A stretch of 64,000 nt of DNA from Nitrospirales bacterium (GTDB taxonomy: Bacteria > Nitrospirota > Nitrospiria > Nitrospirales > UBA8639), in contig OY820905.2 in NCBI GenBank assembly GCA_963555755.3, positions 3,584,001-3,648,000 on the forward strand, read 5' to 3'. The notes below the pieces were generated by a model. That model searched no databases. It worked only from the letters and a program-made list of their open reading frames with translations, and was not told the origin of the DNA. Of this stretch, positions 32,206-43,138 are shown piece by piece. The translations under genes were made by a program, and so were the position numbers. How positions within the stretch are numbered: the stretch's first letter is position 1; the number at the start of each line of letters is the position of its first letter.

Positions 32206-32291
32206 AAGAATGGTTTTGGTCACTTTTGCCGAAACAAAAGTGACTCTTCGGCGGGGGCGAAACCCCGCAACCCACAAAAAAGCTAAAGCGG

Positions 32292-32585
32292 TTAGGCTAC
32301 GGAAAGGTCTAACCGCTGCACGTTTTTTAAATTGACCTTCTTCTTGGCCTGCCACAAATTGTAATTGTCTTGCATGGCCAACCAACTCTCTGGGGAACGG
32401 CCCAAAGTTTTGGAGATTCGTAGTGCCATCTCTGGAGTCATGTGGCTTTCTCCGTTGAGTAGACGTCCAAAGGTGGAGGGAGAAACTTTCAGCTTTTCGG
32501 CAACGTTTCGAACGCTGATGTTGAAGGGTTTGATATAAATTTCCCTGATGAATTCCCCAGGATGTGGCGGGTTATGCATGCTCAT
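32292..32585 (-). CDS. higA: HigA-family antitoxin
   Basis: MHNPPHPGE..TPEMALR..SPESWLAMQ. Confidence 0.93.
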   Translation of the reverse strand: MSMHNPPHPGEFIREIYIKPFNISVRNVAEKLKVSPSTFGRLLNGESHMTPEMALRISKTLGRSPESWLAMQDNYNLWQAKKKVNLKNVQRLDLSVA

Positions 32586-32863
32586 GAGTGGTAATCCTCA
32601 TAATTGATTACGTAAGCGTTTCCTTCCTCAAATCGGAAGGTCATTCTCCAGTTTCCACTGACGTCAATGGCCCAGTGATCTTTCTTTTTCCCCTTCAAGG
32701 GGTGAAGTCTCAATCCTGGGAGATCCATGTCCTCGATATTTTGGGCTGTCTCTAATGCTGTCAATTGTAAGCGTAATTTCTTTTTGTGCCCCGGTTGAAT
32801 CCCAGCCACGCTCCCTGTCTCATAGAAATTCTGGAGTCCTTTGTGGCTAAAAGATTTAATCAC
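32582..32863 (-). CDS. higB: HigB/RelE-family toxin
   Basis: MIKSFSHKGL..LHPLKG..VSGNWRMTFRF..EDYH. Confidence 0.93.
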   Translation of the reverse strand: MIKSFSHKGLQNFYETGSVAGIQPGHKKKLRLQLTALETAQNIEDMDLPGLRLHPLKGKKKDHWAIDVSGNWRMTFRFEEGNAYVINYEDYHS

Positions 32864-32917
32864 CAGATAACCATAGCATATTGCGCACCACGCAACAATA
32901 TTAATGTTCGCCTCTCC

Positions 32918-33159
32918 CGCGTTGGGCGCGGCGGAGCCGCCGTACTGAATCGACTTGATCTGCCCGCCTTCGGATGCGGCGGAGCCGGAGCCCCGAATCG
33001 ACTTCTTGGCGAGGGCTGTTTGAGCGGAGCGAGTTCCCTCGCCCTCTTATTCGGGGCTCAGGCGGAGGGACCCCCTTGGGGCCGCATACGGGCGGAAATG
33101 GTTTTGGGCACTTTTGCCGAAACAAAAGTGCCTCGTCGCGCGGGGGGCAAGACCCCGCA
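32918..33159 (+). repeat. Structured repeat H (truncated plus full copy); other copies 30160-30222/32206-32270, 53143-53256/55835-55923, 57242-57381, 58004-58118, 58593-58808
   Basis: GCCTTGGGCGCGGCGGAG..AATGGTTTTGGG(T/C)(C/A)CTTTTGCCGAAACAAAAG..GGGGCGAAACCCCGCAA; no TIRs. Confidence 0.85.
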
Positions 33160-33318
33160 TAACTAATTTTCACTTAAAAGAAAAAGGTGGCGTGGGGATG
33201 GGGGAGATTTCTCTCAAGGGTCGAAATGACAAACAGGTGGGGGTTGATAAGACAACGAGTATTTTTTGGTTTGTTGCTTCCTCAGGTACTGGTTGAGGGA
33301 TTGCAGTTGGAACCTCAA

Positions 33319-33570
33319 CTATCCTGCCATGTAACTCTTAAACTTTTCTGCACATTCCTCACTGCAGAAATAATATTGTTGCCCACCAATTTTTTCCCCT
33401 AAAGCGGTGCCCGCCGGAATATATGTCTTGCAGACCGGGTCTTGCACCATGACATCTTTGGTGGGTAACAACGGATCAGGTTCCTTCTTCCCTAAAAACT
33501 CACGGATAGATGCTCGAATCATGAAATAGAAAATGATCAGGAGCACTAGAATGATAATAAGCTTCCACAT
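33319..33570 (-). CDS. YHS/TRASH domain membrane protein
   Basis: N-terminal TM; MVQDPVC..YYFCSEEC. Confidence 0.85.
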   Translation of the reverse strand: MWKLIIILVLLIIFYFMIRASIREFLGKKEPDPLLPTKDVMVQDPVCKTYIPAGTALGEKIGGQQYYFCSEECAEKFKSYMAG

Positions 33571-33745
33571 ATCAACCCTCTCGTCCGAAAAAGGCTGGAC
33601 TTGGACCCGGGGGCCATATTCCGCAGGGTCCCTTTTGGTCTCGCTGCTACGTTAATACACCGTAATTCTGAGTCAGTATACTCGTTTGTCCTTTCAAGGG
33701 CCAATGATTAGCCAGGAGAGCACCTGAAATCCAGGACCTGACTAA

Positions 33746-33925
33746 GGACCTGAGAGAAAATAACTTGAACAATCTCGCATCCAATCTTCGAGCCATCTTT
33801 GAACGGGCCTCAATCGAAAATCCCTCAACATAGCTGTGCTATGCCTCGAGTTTTTCTCAATCGTTCCGTCCAAATCCTCCCCAAATCTTGGGGCGATATT
33901 GTCCAAGTTATTTTCTCTCAGGTCC
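33746..33925. mobile_element. MITE family C, empty copy (others 43930-44108, 61185-61360)
   Basis: TIR GGACCTGAGAGAAAATA; TAA TSD. Confidence 0.88.
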
Positions 33926-33929
33926 TAAT

Positions 33930-34928
33930 CTATTTCTGAAAGTCGGATTGCAGGAAATCGATGATTCGATTTTCTGCCCAATGTCTGTCTTCGTTTTCTC
34001 GCGATGTTTGAATAAACCCACAGTGGCCGCCATGAGCCGGGGTGATGAGTTGAATGCAGGGGTTGGCGCGGATGGCTGGAATATCAAACGAGGCAATGGG
34101 AATGAAGGGATCATCCTGTGAGATGATGATCAAGGTCGGGACACGAATGTGCGCTAACACATGACGGGCTCCAGCGTGGTCATAATAGTCGGCTGCGTCG
34201 CGGTAGCCGCCATCTGGGGCGGTGTAGGCATCGTCGAATTGGGACATCGTGCGAATGTGTTTGTACAGAGACAGGTCCCATTTCCCGGGATAGTGTTGGG
34301 CTTTGCGTCGCAAGCGGGCTTTGAGTTTTACCATAAAATGTTCGTGATAGACCCAATTGCGGCGCTGTTCTAGCGCCGCCACGCAGGCGGCTGGATGAAT
34401 GTTCGGACAGACTGCCGCCACTCCTTGTAAGGCCGAGAACTCATCTTTGGCTTCTCCTGCCATTTTCAACACCAAGTTGCCACCCATCGAAAAGCCGGTC
34501 AACCAGATGGCCTGGATCCCGTCTTTGCCCACCAGTTCGTCGGCGACGGCCCGAATGTCGTGGCTCAATCCCGCGTTATACAGGGTGGGAGTGAGATGTT
34601 CGGTATCGGCACAGTTTCGTTGATTGAAGCGGACGACATTGAATCCTTCATGCCAGGCTTTGTGCGTCAGCCCTCGCATGTAGTGTGATTCGTGGCAACC
34701 CTCGAGGCCGTGGACCAAAATCAGCGCAGGGGCTTCGCCTCGAATGTGTTGCCAACTGCACATACTTTTGATCCGGGATTGGGGATCGACTTGGAACAGG
34801 CGTTCTTCCATGGGGACAGTGGCAAGGAGATGGCTGCGGCGTTGATACCAAGGCACCAGGGTCTGAACATGGGGATTGGCCAGCCAAGGATGTGGTAAAA
34901 ACGGTGTGGAAGAAAAAAACGTATTCAT
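33930..34928 (-). CDS. YheT-family alpha/beta hydrolase
   Basis: NPHVQT, HGLEG, GFSMGG, DDPF, GGHCGF. Confidence 0.92.
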   Translation of the reverse strand: MNTFFSSTPFLPHPWLANPHVQTLVPWYQRRSHLLATVPMEERLFQVDPQSRIKSMCSWQHIRGEAPALILVHGLEGCHESHYMRGLTHKAWHEGFNVVRFNQRNCADTEHLTPTLYNAGLSHDIRAVADELVGKDGIQAIWLTGFSMGGNLVLKMAGEAKDEFSALQGVAAVCPNIHPAACVAALEQRRNWVYHEHFMVKLKARLRRKAQHYPGKWDLSLYKHIRTMSQFDDAYTAPDGGYRDAADYYDHAGARHVLAHIRVPTLIIISQDDPFIPIASFDIPAIRANPCIQLITPAHGGHCGFIQTSRENEDRHWAENRIIDFLQSDFQK

Positions 34929-35069
34929 AGAAAATGGCTTTCGATGAGATCGCCGTTCAGCCTACCAAAACAGGGATTAAAATTCTTCCCCTGTTGGTGG
35001 GGCCCCCAAGTTTGTGATAGAGATACCCTGCAAAAAGGCTTTTTCCAATTAGGCAAAAGGTAGAGTCCC

Positions 35070-35600
35070 GTGGCTACGAAAAAGAAACAATTTCAGTTGG
35101 ATAAAGAAACCCTCATTATCATCGGGGTCTTGAGTTTGACTTTTCTCTGGACCGTCAACCGAATCTTGTCTTCCGATGATTCAAAGCAAGAATTCGTTGA
35201 GAAGCCGAAGGTTGAAACATCCGAGAACGCGACAAAGAAGAAAGAGGTAAACAAAGCTAACGTTCCGTTGGCAAGCGGCAAGGAGCCCATCGATAAAATT
35301 TTCATTCAATCCGGGTGCGCCGCCTGCCACACCATTCCGGGCATTCAGGTGGCCAAAGGGCGAGAAGGACCGAAACTGGAATTGGGCACCAATGCCCCCA
35401 AACGATTAGCCGATCCAAACTATCGAGGGACTGCCGAAACTGAATGGGAGTATGTACAAGAATCCATTTTGAATCCAGGCGCCTATATCGTGGAAGGCTA
35501 TCGTGATCGCGTCATGCCCCGCTGGTACGGCCAAAAACTCAGCGCCCGCGCATTGGATAAGATCATTAAATATTTATTGAAGATTGAAGAGGTTTCTTGA
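35070..35600 (+). CDS. Membrane-anchored monoheme cytochrome c
   Basis: TM helix, CAACH, ESILNPGAY..VMP. Confidence 0.88.
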   Translation: MATKKKQFQLDKETLIIIGVLSLTFLWTVNRILSSDDSKQEFVEKPKVETSENATKKKEVNKANVPLASGKEPIDKIFIQSGCAACHTIPGIQVAKGREGPKLELGTNAPKRLADPNYRGTAETEWEYVQESILNPGAYIVEGYRDRVMPRWYGQKLSARALDKIIKYLLKIEEVS

Positions 35601-35737
35601 AGTTTACAAGGGATTTTTTCGTGGGTTCTGAAGTACAAGAGAGCGCAAAAAATTAAGGTGTGTTAAAGTTATCAGCTAGAACGAAAGGGATTCCTGGCAG
35701 AAATGGTCGGGCAGCTTCACATGAAGATTCACTTGCA

Positions 35738-35977
35738 ATGAGTCCAACCGTTTTTCGAAAAGATGGCTATCGATTCTTTTTCTTTTCAAGGGAGGAGGCT
35801 CGAAGACATGTGCATGTATATTCTGGGGAGGGCGAGGGAAAATTTTGGTTAGAGCCGAAGATCGAAATGTCCAGAAACCATGGATTGTCACCCGCCCAAC
35901 TCAAGAAGATAGAACTCATTATTGAGGAGCATCTCGATGAACTCAAAACAGCTTGGGACTCACACTTCGCCAGTTGA
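35738..35977 (+). CDS. DUF4160 protein (putative TA component)
   Basis: MSPTVFRKDGYRFFFFSREE..HVHV..KFWL. Confidence 0.85.
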   Translation: MSPTVFRKDGYRFFFFSREEARRHVHVYSGEGEGKFWLEPKIEMSRNHGLSPAQLKKIELIIEEHLDELKTAWDSHFAS

Positions 35978-36221
35978 AGTCACTCACGTATCAGGTCACG
36001 GCATTTGGCTCCTTGCCGGGGAGCAAGAACTGTTTCTGCCTTATGAAGATTTTCCTTGGTTCAAAGAAGCGGCCATTGGTAAGATTCTCAACGTTGAACA
36101 ACCCTCTGCTGATCATTTCTACTGGCCTGATTTGGATGTGGATTTGGGGCTGGAAACCATTGAGCATCCGGAACGGTTTCCACTGAAATCGAAGGCCGGT
36201 CCATTCTGCGAGAATAGTTGA
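35937..36221 (+). CDS. DUF2442 protein (putative TA partner)
   Basis: HGIWLL..FLPYEDFPWF..YWPDLDVDL. Confidence 0.85.
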   Translation: MNSKQLGTHTSPVEVTHVSGHGIWLLAGEQELFLPYEDFPWFKEAAIGKILNVEQPSADHFYWPDLDVDLGLETIEHPERFPLKSKAGPFCENS

Positions 36222-36267
36222 CTGCCGCTAACTATTCCCCAATCCCCCCCGGCCTCGAAAACGACCA

Positions 36268-36358
36268 TGTCATGCCCCGTTGGTACGGTCAAAAACTCAG
36301 CGCCCGCGCATTGGATAAGATCATTAAATACCTCCTGAAGATTGAAGAGGTAACTTAA
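36268..36358 (+). repeat. Diverged duplicate of the cytochrome c gene 3' end (35511-35600)
   Basis: Translates VMPRWYGQKLSARALDKIIKYLLKIEEVT*. Confidence 0.9.
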
Positions 36359-37311
36359 ACTTTATTCAACACATGGTCTTGTAACATCATAGATAATGAA
36401 GCGGGACTCTCTAAGGTGCAAGATCTCGAATCTTGGAAATTTTCTGCTCAATCTATTGGCACAAGTGCACCTGTTGAATTTTTGTTTAGGTTAACAGAAT
36501 TTCTGATACGGATTTAAACATCACCTGACTGGGGGATCCCAACTTTGCCCAGACCTCGGGTGTTGACGCCGATGGGAAAATGAACTGGACGACGAACACA
36601 TTTCGACCTCAAGGAGAAATCTCGTATTCTCTCACACCATCCCCCGTGGCGTAAAAAAGGGGACGCTACCCTTTATAAGGGCACCAAGATTGATCGAACT
36701 GGTTAACGGAAGGGGATGAGCAATCAGTCCCACTCTGTCATTTCGAGTGGAAGGAGAAATCTCTCGTTCGACAATGGGGGGAGATTTCTCGCTCCGCTCG
36801 AAATGACAGGACCGTTGTGATGTAAGGGGTTCTCTCAAGGGTCGAAATGACAAGGTGGGGGGCTCAGAATGACCACAAGTCCGCCTTGGTGCCTCGCCCT
36901 CGTGGGGGGGTGTCGGTTTTCTTTCCGCGGTGTGACACGCGAAGAGGGTTTCGGTAGGAAATGCCATATCCAGCATGAATAGTGGCCGTTGACTCTGTGG
37001 GTTGCACCACATCCTTCACCCTGAGAGTCGCCCTCCACCTGTCAAGAAACTTGACGATTCTCCTACCTCTCCGTTGCTAGTCATCAGGTCGTCAGTGGTG
37101 TGCTTTTGGTCCCGTTCCCTCTCCTTCCTGCGAAACGGGTGTCGGTAACCTTGACGATGTTGATGAACCCGCCCACGCCTTCGCCAAAGCGCTCCGGCGC
37201 GCCGGCAGGTCCGCTTACAAAGGGGAGGGATGATCAGCGTGACGCCTCAAGAACGCCTGGCCACTTTTCCCACGGTCACAAACCTCACCCACCTCTTCTC
37301 CGGCGAGCCTT

Positions 37312-38517
37312 TCAGGAAATGCCTCGCCAAAATTTACCTACTCGCTTGGGAGAAGAGCCAGAATTTCTTTTTAATATTCCAAATGCCTTGATTACTTTCT
37401 CCAATTGGTCGTTCGAATGTTCCGAGCTGACGGTCAGTCGAAGCCTACTGCTGTTTTTGGGAACGGTGGGTGGGCGGATGGCGGGGACGTAGATGCCGGC
37501 TTCATATAATGCCTGAGACATCTTCAATGCTTTGTCTGGCGATTTGACTATGATGGGAAGAATTGAGCTATTGGTATCTGTGAATTGAAAGCCCAGGCTT
37601 TTCAATTCTGAAAAGAGATAGTTTCGGTTTTCCCACAAACGTTGTCGGCGTTCGGGTTCATTTTGAATGATCTGGATGGCTGCTGAGGCTGCCGCGGCGA
37701 TGGCTGGTGGTTGAGCGGTGGTGTAGATAAATGCTTTTGAAGTATTGATGAGATATTCTTTTAAGGAAGCTGTTCCCGCTACGTATCCTCCGCTTATTCC
37801 TATGGCTTTGCTCAACGTTCCCATCTGAATCAGGTCTTTGGGATTCAAGGCAAAGTGTTCAACCGTTCCTCGTCCGTTTTTTCCTATCACACCGGTTCCG
37901 TGTGCGTCATCAATTAACAGTGTGGCCTCGTGAGGTTGGCAGAGGTTCAGTAAGTCCGGAAGTGGGGCGAGATCGCCGTCCATACTAAAGACTCCTTCGG
38001 TGACCACTAGGGTTGGACAGATCTTCTCTCGTTTTTTAAGTAGTTTTTCTAGGTGCTCGACATCGTTATGATGAAACACGCGAAGCTTGGCTTTAGCCAG
38101 TCGGCATGCCTCGATTAAGCTGGCATGGCAGTAACGATCGGCAAGGATGAGTCCGCCCTGGTCGATGAGAGAAGGGATGAGCCCGATGTTTGCGGTGTAC
38201 CCTGTTCCAAAGGTCAATGCGGCTTCGACTTGTTTGAAATGAGCCAGATCATTTTCTAGTTGCTGGTGGGGGCGCATGGTGCCGGAGATGAGGCGGGCTG
38301 CGCCAGCGCCGACTCCCCATTGCTCAATTGCCTCGATGGCTGCTTGTTTGATAGCAGGATGATTGGCTAACCCCAGGTAATTATTTGAGGCCATGGAAAT
38401 GAGTTCACGGCCTTCGATCGTGATCGTGGTATCGGCTGGTGATTCCACAATCCGCAAATGACGACGCAGGTGTTGAGCTTCTAATTTTTTTAACTCTTGT
38501 TCGAAGTCAGGAAACAT
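37312..38517 (-). CDS. bioF: 8-amino-7-oxononanoate synthase
   Basis: SNNYLGL, HASL, VFSMDGD, DDAHG, GTLSKA, IRPPTVP. Confidence 0.95.
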   Translation of the reverse strand: MFPDFEQELKKLEAQHLRRHLRIVESPADTTITIEGRELISMASNNYLGLANHPAIKQAAIEAIEQWGVGAGAARLISGTMRPHQQLENDLAHFKQVEAALTFGTGYTANIGLIPSLIDQGGLILADRYCHASLIEACRLAKAKLRVFHHNDVEHLEKLLKKREKICPTLVVTEGVFSMDGDLAPLPDLLNLCQPHEATLLIDDAHGTGVIGKNGRGTVEHFALNPKDLIQMGTLSKAIGISGGYVAGTASLKEYLINTSKAFIYTTAQPPAIAAAASAAIQIIQNEPERRQRLWENRNYLFSELKSLGFQFTDTNSSILPIIVKSPDKALKMSQALYEAGIYVPAIRPPTVPKNSSRLRLTVSSEHSNDQLEKVIKAFGILKRNSGSSPKRVGKFWRGIS

Positions 38518-38637
38518 GGGAGGATGCTCAGGGCATTAGGTTTTCAGTCTTTTTTGGAGTTTGGGATATTGGGCTGCGAAACTTTTTGAAAAGTTTTGGT
38601 CGATCGTCGTCAGTATCTGGAATTGAGAATAGCCAAG

Positions 38638-38666
38638 TTGACTTGTGGATAACGCAGGTTTATCAT
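38638..38666 (+). promoter_or_regulatory. Putative sigma70 promoter for the ilvB operon
   Basis: TTGACT-N17-TATCAT. Confidence 0.5.
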
Positions 38667-38798
38667 GATTGGTTTCAGGGTACAACCCCTGGAAACAATT
38701 GGGTTTCTTGGCCATCAGTCTATTGTGGTTACTTAGGCCGGAAACATATATTTTTAACCGAACCACGAGTGGTTCAATCAAATGGGTGAGGGATACGT

Positions 38799-40577
38799 AT
38801 GGCACAGCTTACAGGAGCCGAAATTTTTGTGGAAGCCTTGAAACGCGAAGGAGTGAAAACGATTTTTGCTCTTCCGGGAGGGGTGGTTCTAAAAATTTTC
38901 GATGTCCTGCATCAACAAAATGATGTTGAAGTCATTTTGACCCGGCATGAACAAGGCGCGGGACATATGGCGGAAGGCTATGCCAAGGCTACCGGCAAGC
39001 CGGGTGTGTGTTTGATTACCTCTGGTCCTGGGATGACGAATGTAGTCACCGCCCTAGCCGATGCCTATATGGATTCCGTTCCAATGGTGTGTTTTACGGG
39101 GCAAGTGCCTACCGCGCTGATCGGGAATGATGCCTTTCAGGAAGCGGATAATATCGGACTGAGCCGTCCGTGCACCAAGTACAACTTTCTTGTGAAAGAT
39201 GTGAATGACTTGGCGCAATCCATAAAAGAAGCGTTTTACATCGCCACGACAGGTAGACCTGGCCCGGTGTTAGTCGACATTCCCAAAGATATTTCCATGG
39301 ATAAGGCTGATTTCAAATATCCGGATTCGGTCTCGATTCGCGGCTATAACCCAACTTATGAAGGCAGCAAGTGGAAAATCAAACAAGCTGCTGATGCCAT
39401 TATGAAATCGCGACGACCTATATTGTATATCGGGGGTGGAGTGCAATTGTCTGGTGCGTCGCAAGAGGTTCGGGAATTGGCTGAAATGACACAGATTCCC
39501 GTGGACTCGACCTTGATGGCGTTGGGGGCATTCCCAGGGAAACATCCGCTGTCCTTGGGCATGCTCGGCATGCATGGCACCTATGTGGCCAATATGGCGA
39601 TACATTATTCAGATCTGGTTATTGCCGTGGGCGCACGGTTCGATGATCGCGTCACAGGTAAGGTCTCGGAATTTTGTCCGAATGCCAAGGTTATCCATAT
39701 CGATATTGATCCAACATCGATTCGTAAAAATATTCATGTGGATATTCCGATCGTGGGTGATTGTAAATGTGTGGTGCGGGAATTGATCAACGTATTGCGA
39801 GCCACGGTGAATGGTGACCAGAAGGAAATGCGCAAACCGTGGTGGGATCAATTGAATGAGTGGAACACCGCCCATCCGCTGAGCTATGAACAAGATCCTG
39901 ACAAATTGATTAAGCCGCAATATCTGATCGATCGCCTGTATCAATTGACGAAGGATCGTGATCCGGTGGTTTCCACTGATGTGGGACAGCATCAAATGTG
40001 GGCGGCGCAATTTTACCAATTGTCCAATCCGAATACCTGGCTCACATCAGGGGGGTTAGGGACCATGGGATTTGGTTTCCCCGCGGCATTAGGTGCACAG
40101 GCAGCGTTTCGTAACCGCCTGGTGCTGTGTATTGCCGGGGATGGCAGTATTCAAATGAACACCCAAGAGTTGGCGACAGCGGTAGTCGCAAAACTGCCGG
40201 TCAAAGTGTTTATCATTAATAATCGGTTCCATGGCATGGTGCGACAATGGCAAGACCTGTTTTATGAAGGCCGTTATGCCTCGAGTTATTTGGACGAAAC
40301 TCCTGATTTCGTGAAACTCGCGGAAGCATATGGCGCGGCTGGTCTTCGGATTAATACCCCGAATGAAGTGGATGATGGTATCCGTGAAGCAATTTCCATC
40401 GACAAACCGGTCTTTATTGATGTGCCGGTTTATCAATTCGAAAATTGCTATCCCATGATTCCCGCTGGCGGGTGCAACCATGAAATGATTTTGGAAGATC
40501 CACCAGAATTGCAAAAACGACAGACTCCGGGAGCCAAAGGGAAGAAAGAAAGTACCGACACCATTTTAACTGCGTAG
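38799..40577 (+). CDS. ilvB: Acetolactate synthase large subunit
   Basis: RHEQGAGH, TSGPG, GRPGPV, GLGTMG, GDGS. Confidence 0.97.
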   Translation: MAQLTGAEIFVEALKREGVKTIFALPGGVVLKIFDVLHQQNDVEVILTRHEQGAGHMAEGYAKATGKPGVCLITSGPGMTNVVTALADAYMDSVPMVCFTGQVPTALIGNDAFQEADNIGLSRPCTKYNFLVKDVNDLAQSIKEAFYIATTGRPGPVLVDIPKDISMDKADFKYPDSVSIRGYNPTYEGSKWKIKQAADAIMKSRRPILYIGGGVQLSGASQEVRELAEMTQIPVDSTLMALGAFPGKHPLSLGMLGMHGTYVANMAIHYSDLVIAVGARFDDRVTGKVSEFCPNAKVIHIDIDPTSIRKNIHVDIPIVGDCKCVVRELINVLRATVNGDQKEMRKPWWDQLNEWNTAHPLSYEQDPDKLIKPQYLIDRLYQLTKDRDPVVSTDVGQHQMWAAQFYQLSNPNTWLTSGGLGTMGFGFPAALGAQAAFRNRLVLCIAGDGSIQMNTQELATAVVAKLPVKVFIINNRFHGMVRQWQDLFYEGRYASSYLDETPDFVKLAEAYGAAGLRINTPNEVDDGIREAISIDKPVFIDVPVYQFENCYPMIPAGGCNHEMILEDPPELQKRQTPGAKGKKESTDTILTA

Positions 40578-40725
40578 AAAAAGTTGTTGAAAAAGGCCGC
40601 CAGCGGTGTTCTCGGCCCTTTGTCGTGCTCACGTACTGCCTGTACGCTCCGCGCGCCAAAGGACCTGCGGCTTTGCTGGACAACCTTTTTCAACAACTTT
40701 AACAATGTAAAAGGATATTGTAGTT

Positions 40726-41247
40726 GTGGAACATATCATTTCAGTGACATTGGAAAATAAAGCTGGTTCTCTGTCCCGGGTGGCGGGGTTATTTAGTGGT
40801 CGTGGTTTTAATATCGAAAGCTTGTCCGTGGCTCCAACCTTGGACTCCACCGTGTCGATGATGACCATTGTCACAAGTGGTGATGAACGAATTATCGAAC
40901 AGATTCTCAAGCAATTGAATAAAATCATTGATGTCATCAAGGTCATTGATCTGAACGAAAGTGATGCCGTCACTCGTGAAACGGCATTGATCAAAGTGCA
41001 TACCCGAGCAGAAGATCGAGCTGAGGCGCTTCGCATTACTGATATTTTTCGAGCCAATGTCATTGATTCGTCCCCAACGTCTTATACGATTGAAGTGACC
41101 GGTGCCGTGCAAAAGATTCAAGCCATTATTCAGTTGCTCCAACCTCTTGGCATTAAAGAAATCGTCCGGACTGGACGGATTGCTATTGCGCGAGAACCCA
41201 TTCGTGCGGTGGTGAGTCAACCGCGTCCGCTTGCCAAAGCCAACTAA
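40726..41247 (+). CDS. ilvN: Acetolactate synthase small subunit
   Basis: ACT domain LSRVAGLFSGRGFNIESL. Confidence 0.96.
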   Translation: MEHIISVTLENKAGSLSRVAGLFSGRGFNIESLSVAPTLDSTVSMMTIVTSGDERIIEQILKQLNKIIDVIKVIDLNESDAVTRETALIKVHTRAEDRAEALRITDIFRANVIDSSPTSYTIEVTGAVQKIQAIIQLLQPLGIKEIVRTGRIAIAREPIRAVVSQPRPLAKAN

Positions 41248-41296
41248 CGGATCTCATTGATTTGCCAACACCACTTCTTTGTGTTGGCCGTCTTAA

Positions 41297-42328
<1,032 letters not shown>

Positions 42329-42487
42329 ACAGGTGTTGGGAAGGATAGCTTGGTCACCGTCGAGGCGGCAACCCGCCCTGTTTCTTTTTTTCGTAATGCG
42401 TAATGAGTAAAGCGTAATGCGAAACTAAATTTTTTCGAGTCCCTACTCATAACGCATCACGGATTACGCATAACGAATTGGAACCGA

Positions 42488-43138
42488 ATGTCTGATCGTG
42501 CCAAAGGGATCCCTATCGCAAAAGAAGGTGTCCCCTTTGTTATGGGAGCGGCAGCCCCCGCTGTGTTAGCGGGATTGTTGGGTTGCAAAAAAGTCTCCAT
42601 CGCCCTAGGCGCGGTCGCCTGTTTTGCCGGGTGGTTTTTTCGCAATCCTCCCAGGACGATTCCTCGAGGTGACGGTTTGATTCTTGCTTCTGGCGATGGG
42701 AAGGTCATTGCCGTTCAAGAGGAATTCGAACCGAGGTATCTCAAAGATCAAAGCATTCGAATCAGCATTTTCTTGAATATTTTCGATGTCCATATCAATC
42801 GAATGCCGTGTGCCGGAACTGTTGTGGATCTGGCCTATCAACCAGGGCAGTTCATCAATGCAAGCGATCCCGATGCGACTATCCACAATGAACAAAATGC
42901 GCTGATGATCGAAACGCCATCGAAGAAAAAAGTGCTCTGCGTGCAAGTGGCAGGGCTTCTTGCTCGGCGTATAGTGTGTTGGGTGGAGCCAGGAGAGGTG
43001 GCCGTTCCTGGGGAACGATTTGGACTGATCCGTTTTGGCTCACGGATGGATACAATTTTTCCGGTCGATAGTCGAGTGCGTGTGAAGGTGGGAGATCATG
43101 TCAAGGGTGGAGAGTCCATACTCGCGGAGTTCGCATGA
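42488..43138 (+). CDS. psd: Phosphatidylserine decarboxylase
   Basis: FFRNP, DVHINR, RFGSR. Confidence 0.93.
   Translation: MSDRAKGIPIAKEGVPFVMGAAAPAVLAGLLGCKKVSIALGAVACFAGWFFRNPPRTIPRGDGLILASGDGKVIAVQEEFEPRYLKDQSIRISIFLNIFDVHINRMPCAGTVVDLAYQPGQFINASDPDATIHNEQNALMIETPSKKKVLCVQVAGLLARRIVCWVEPGEVAVPGERFGLIRFGSRMDTIFPVDSRVRVKVGDHVKGGESILAEFA

Noticed and set aside
38665..38736. Possible ilv leader peptide MIGFRVQPLETIGFLGHQSIVVT
   Set aside because: The ATG overlaps the putative -10 box and no terminator follows.
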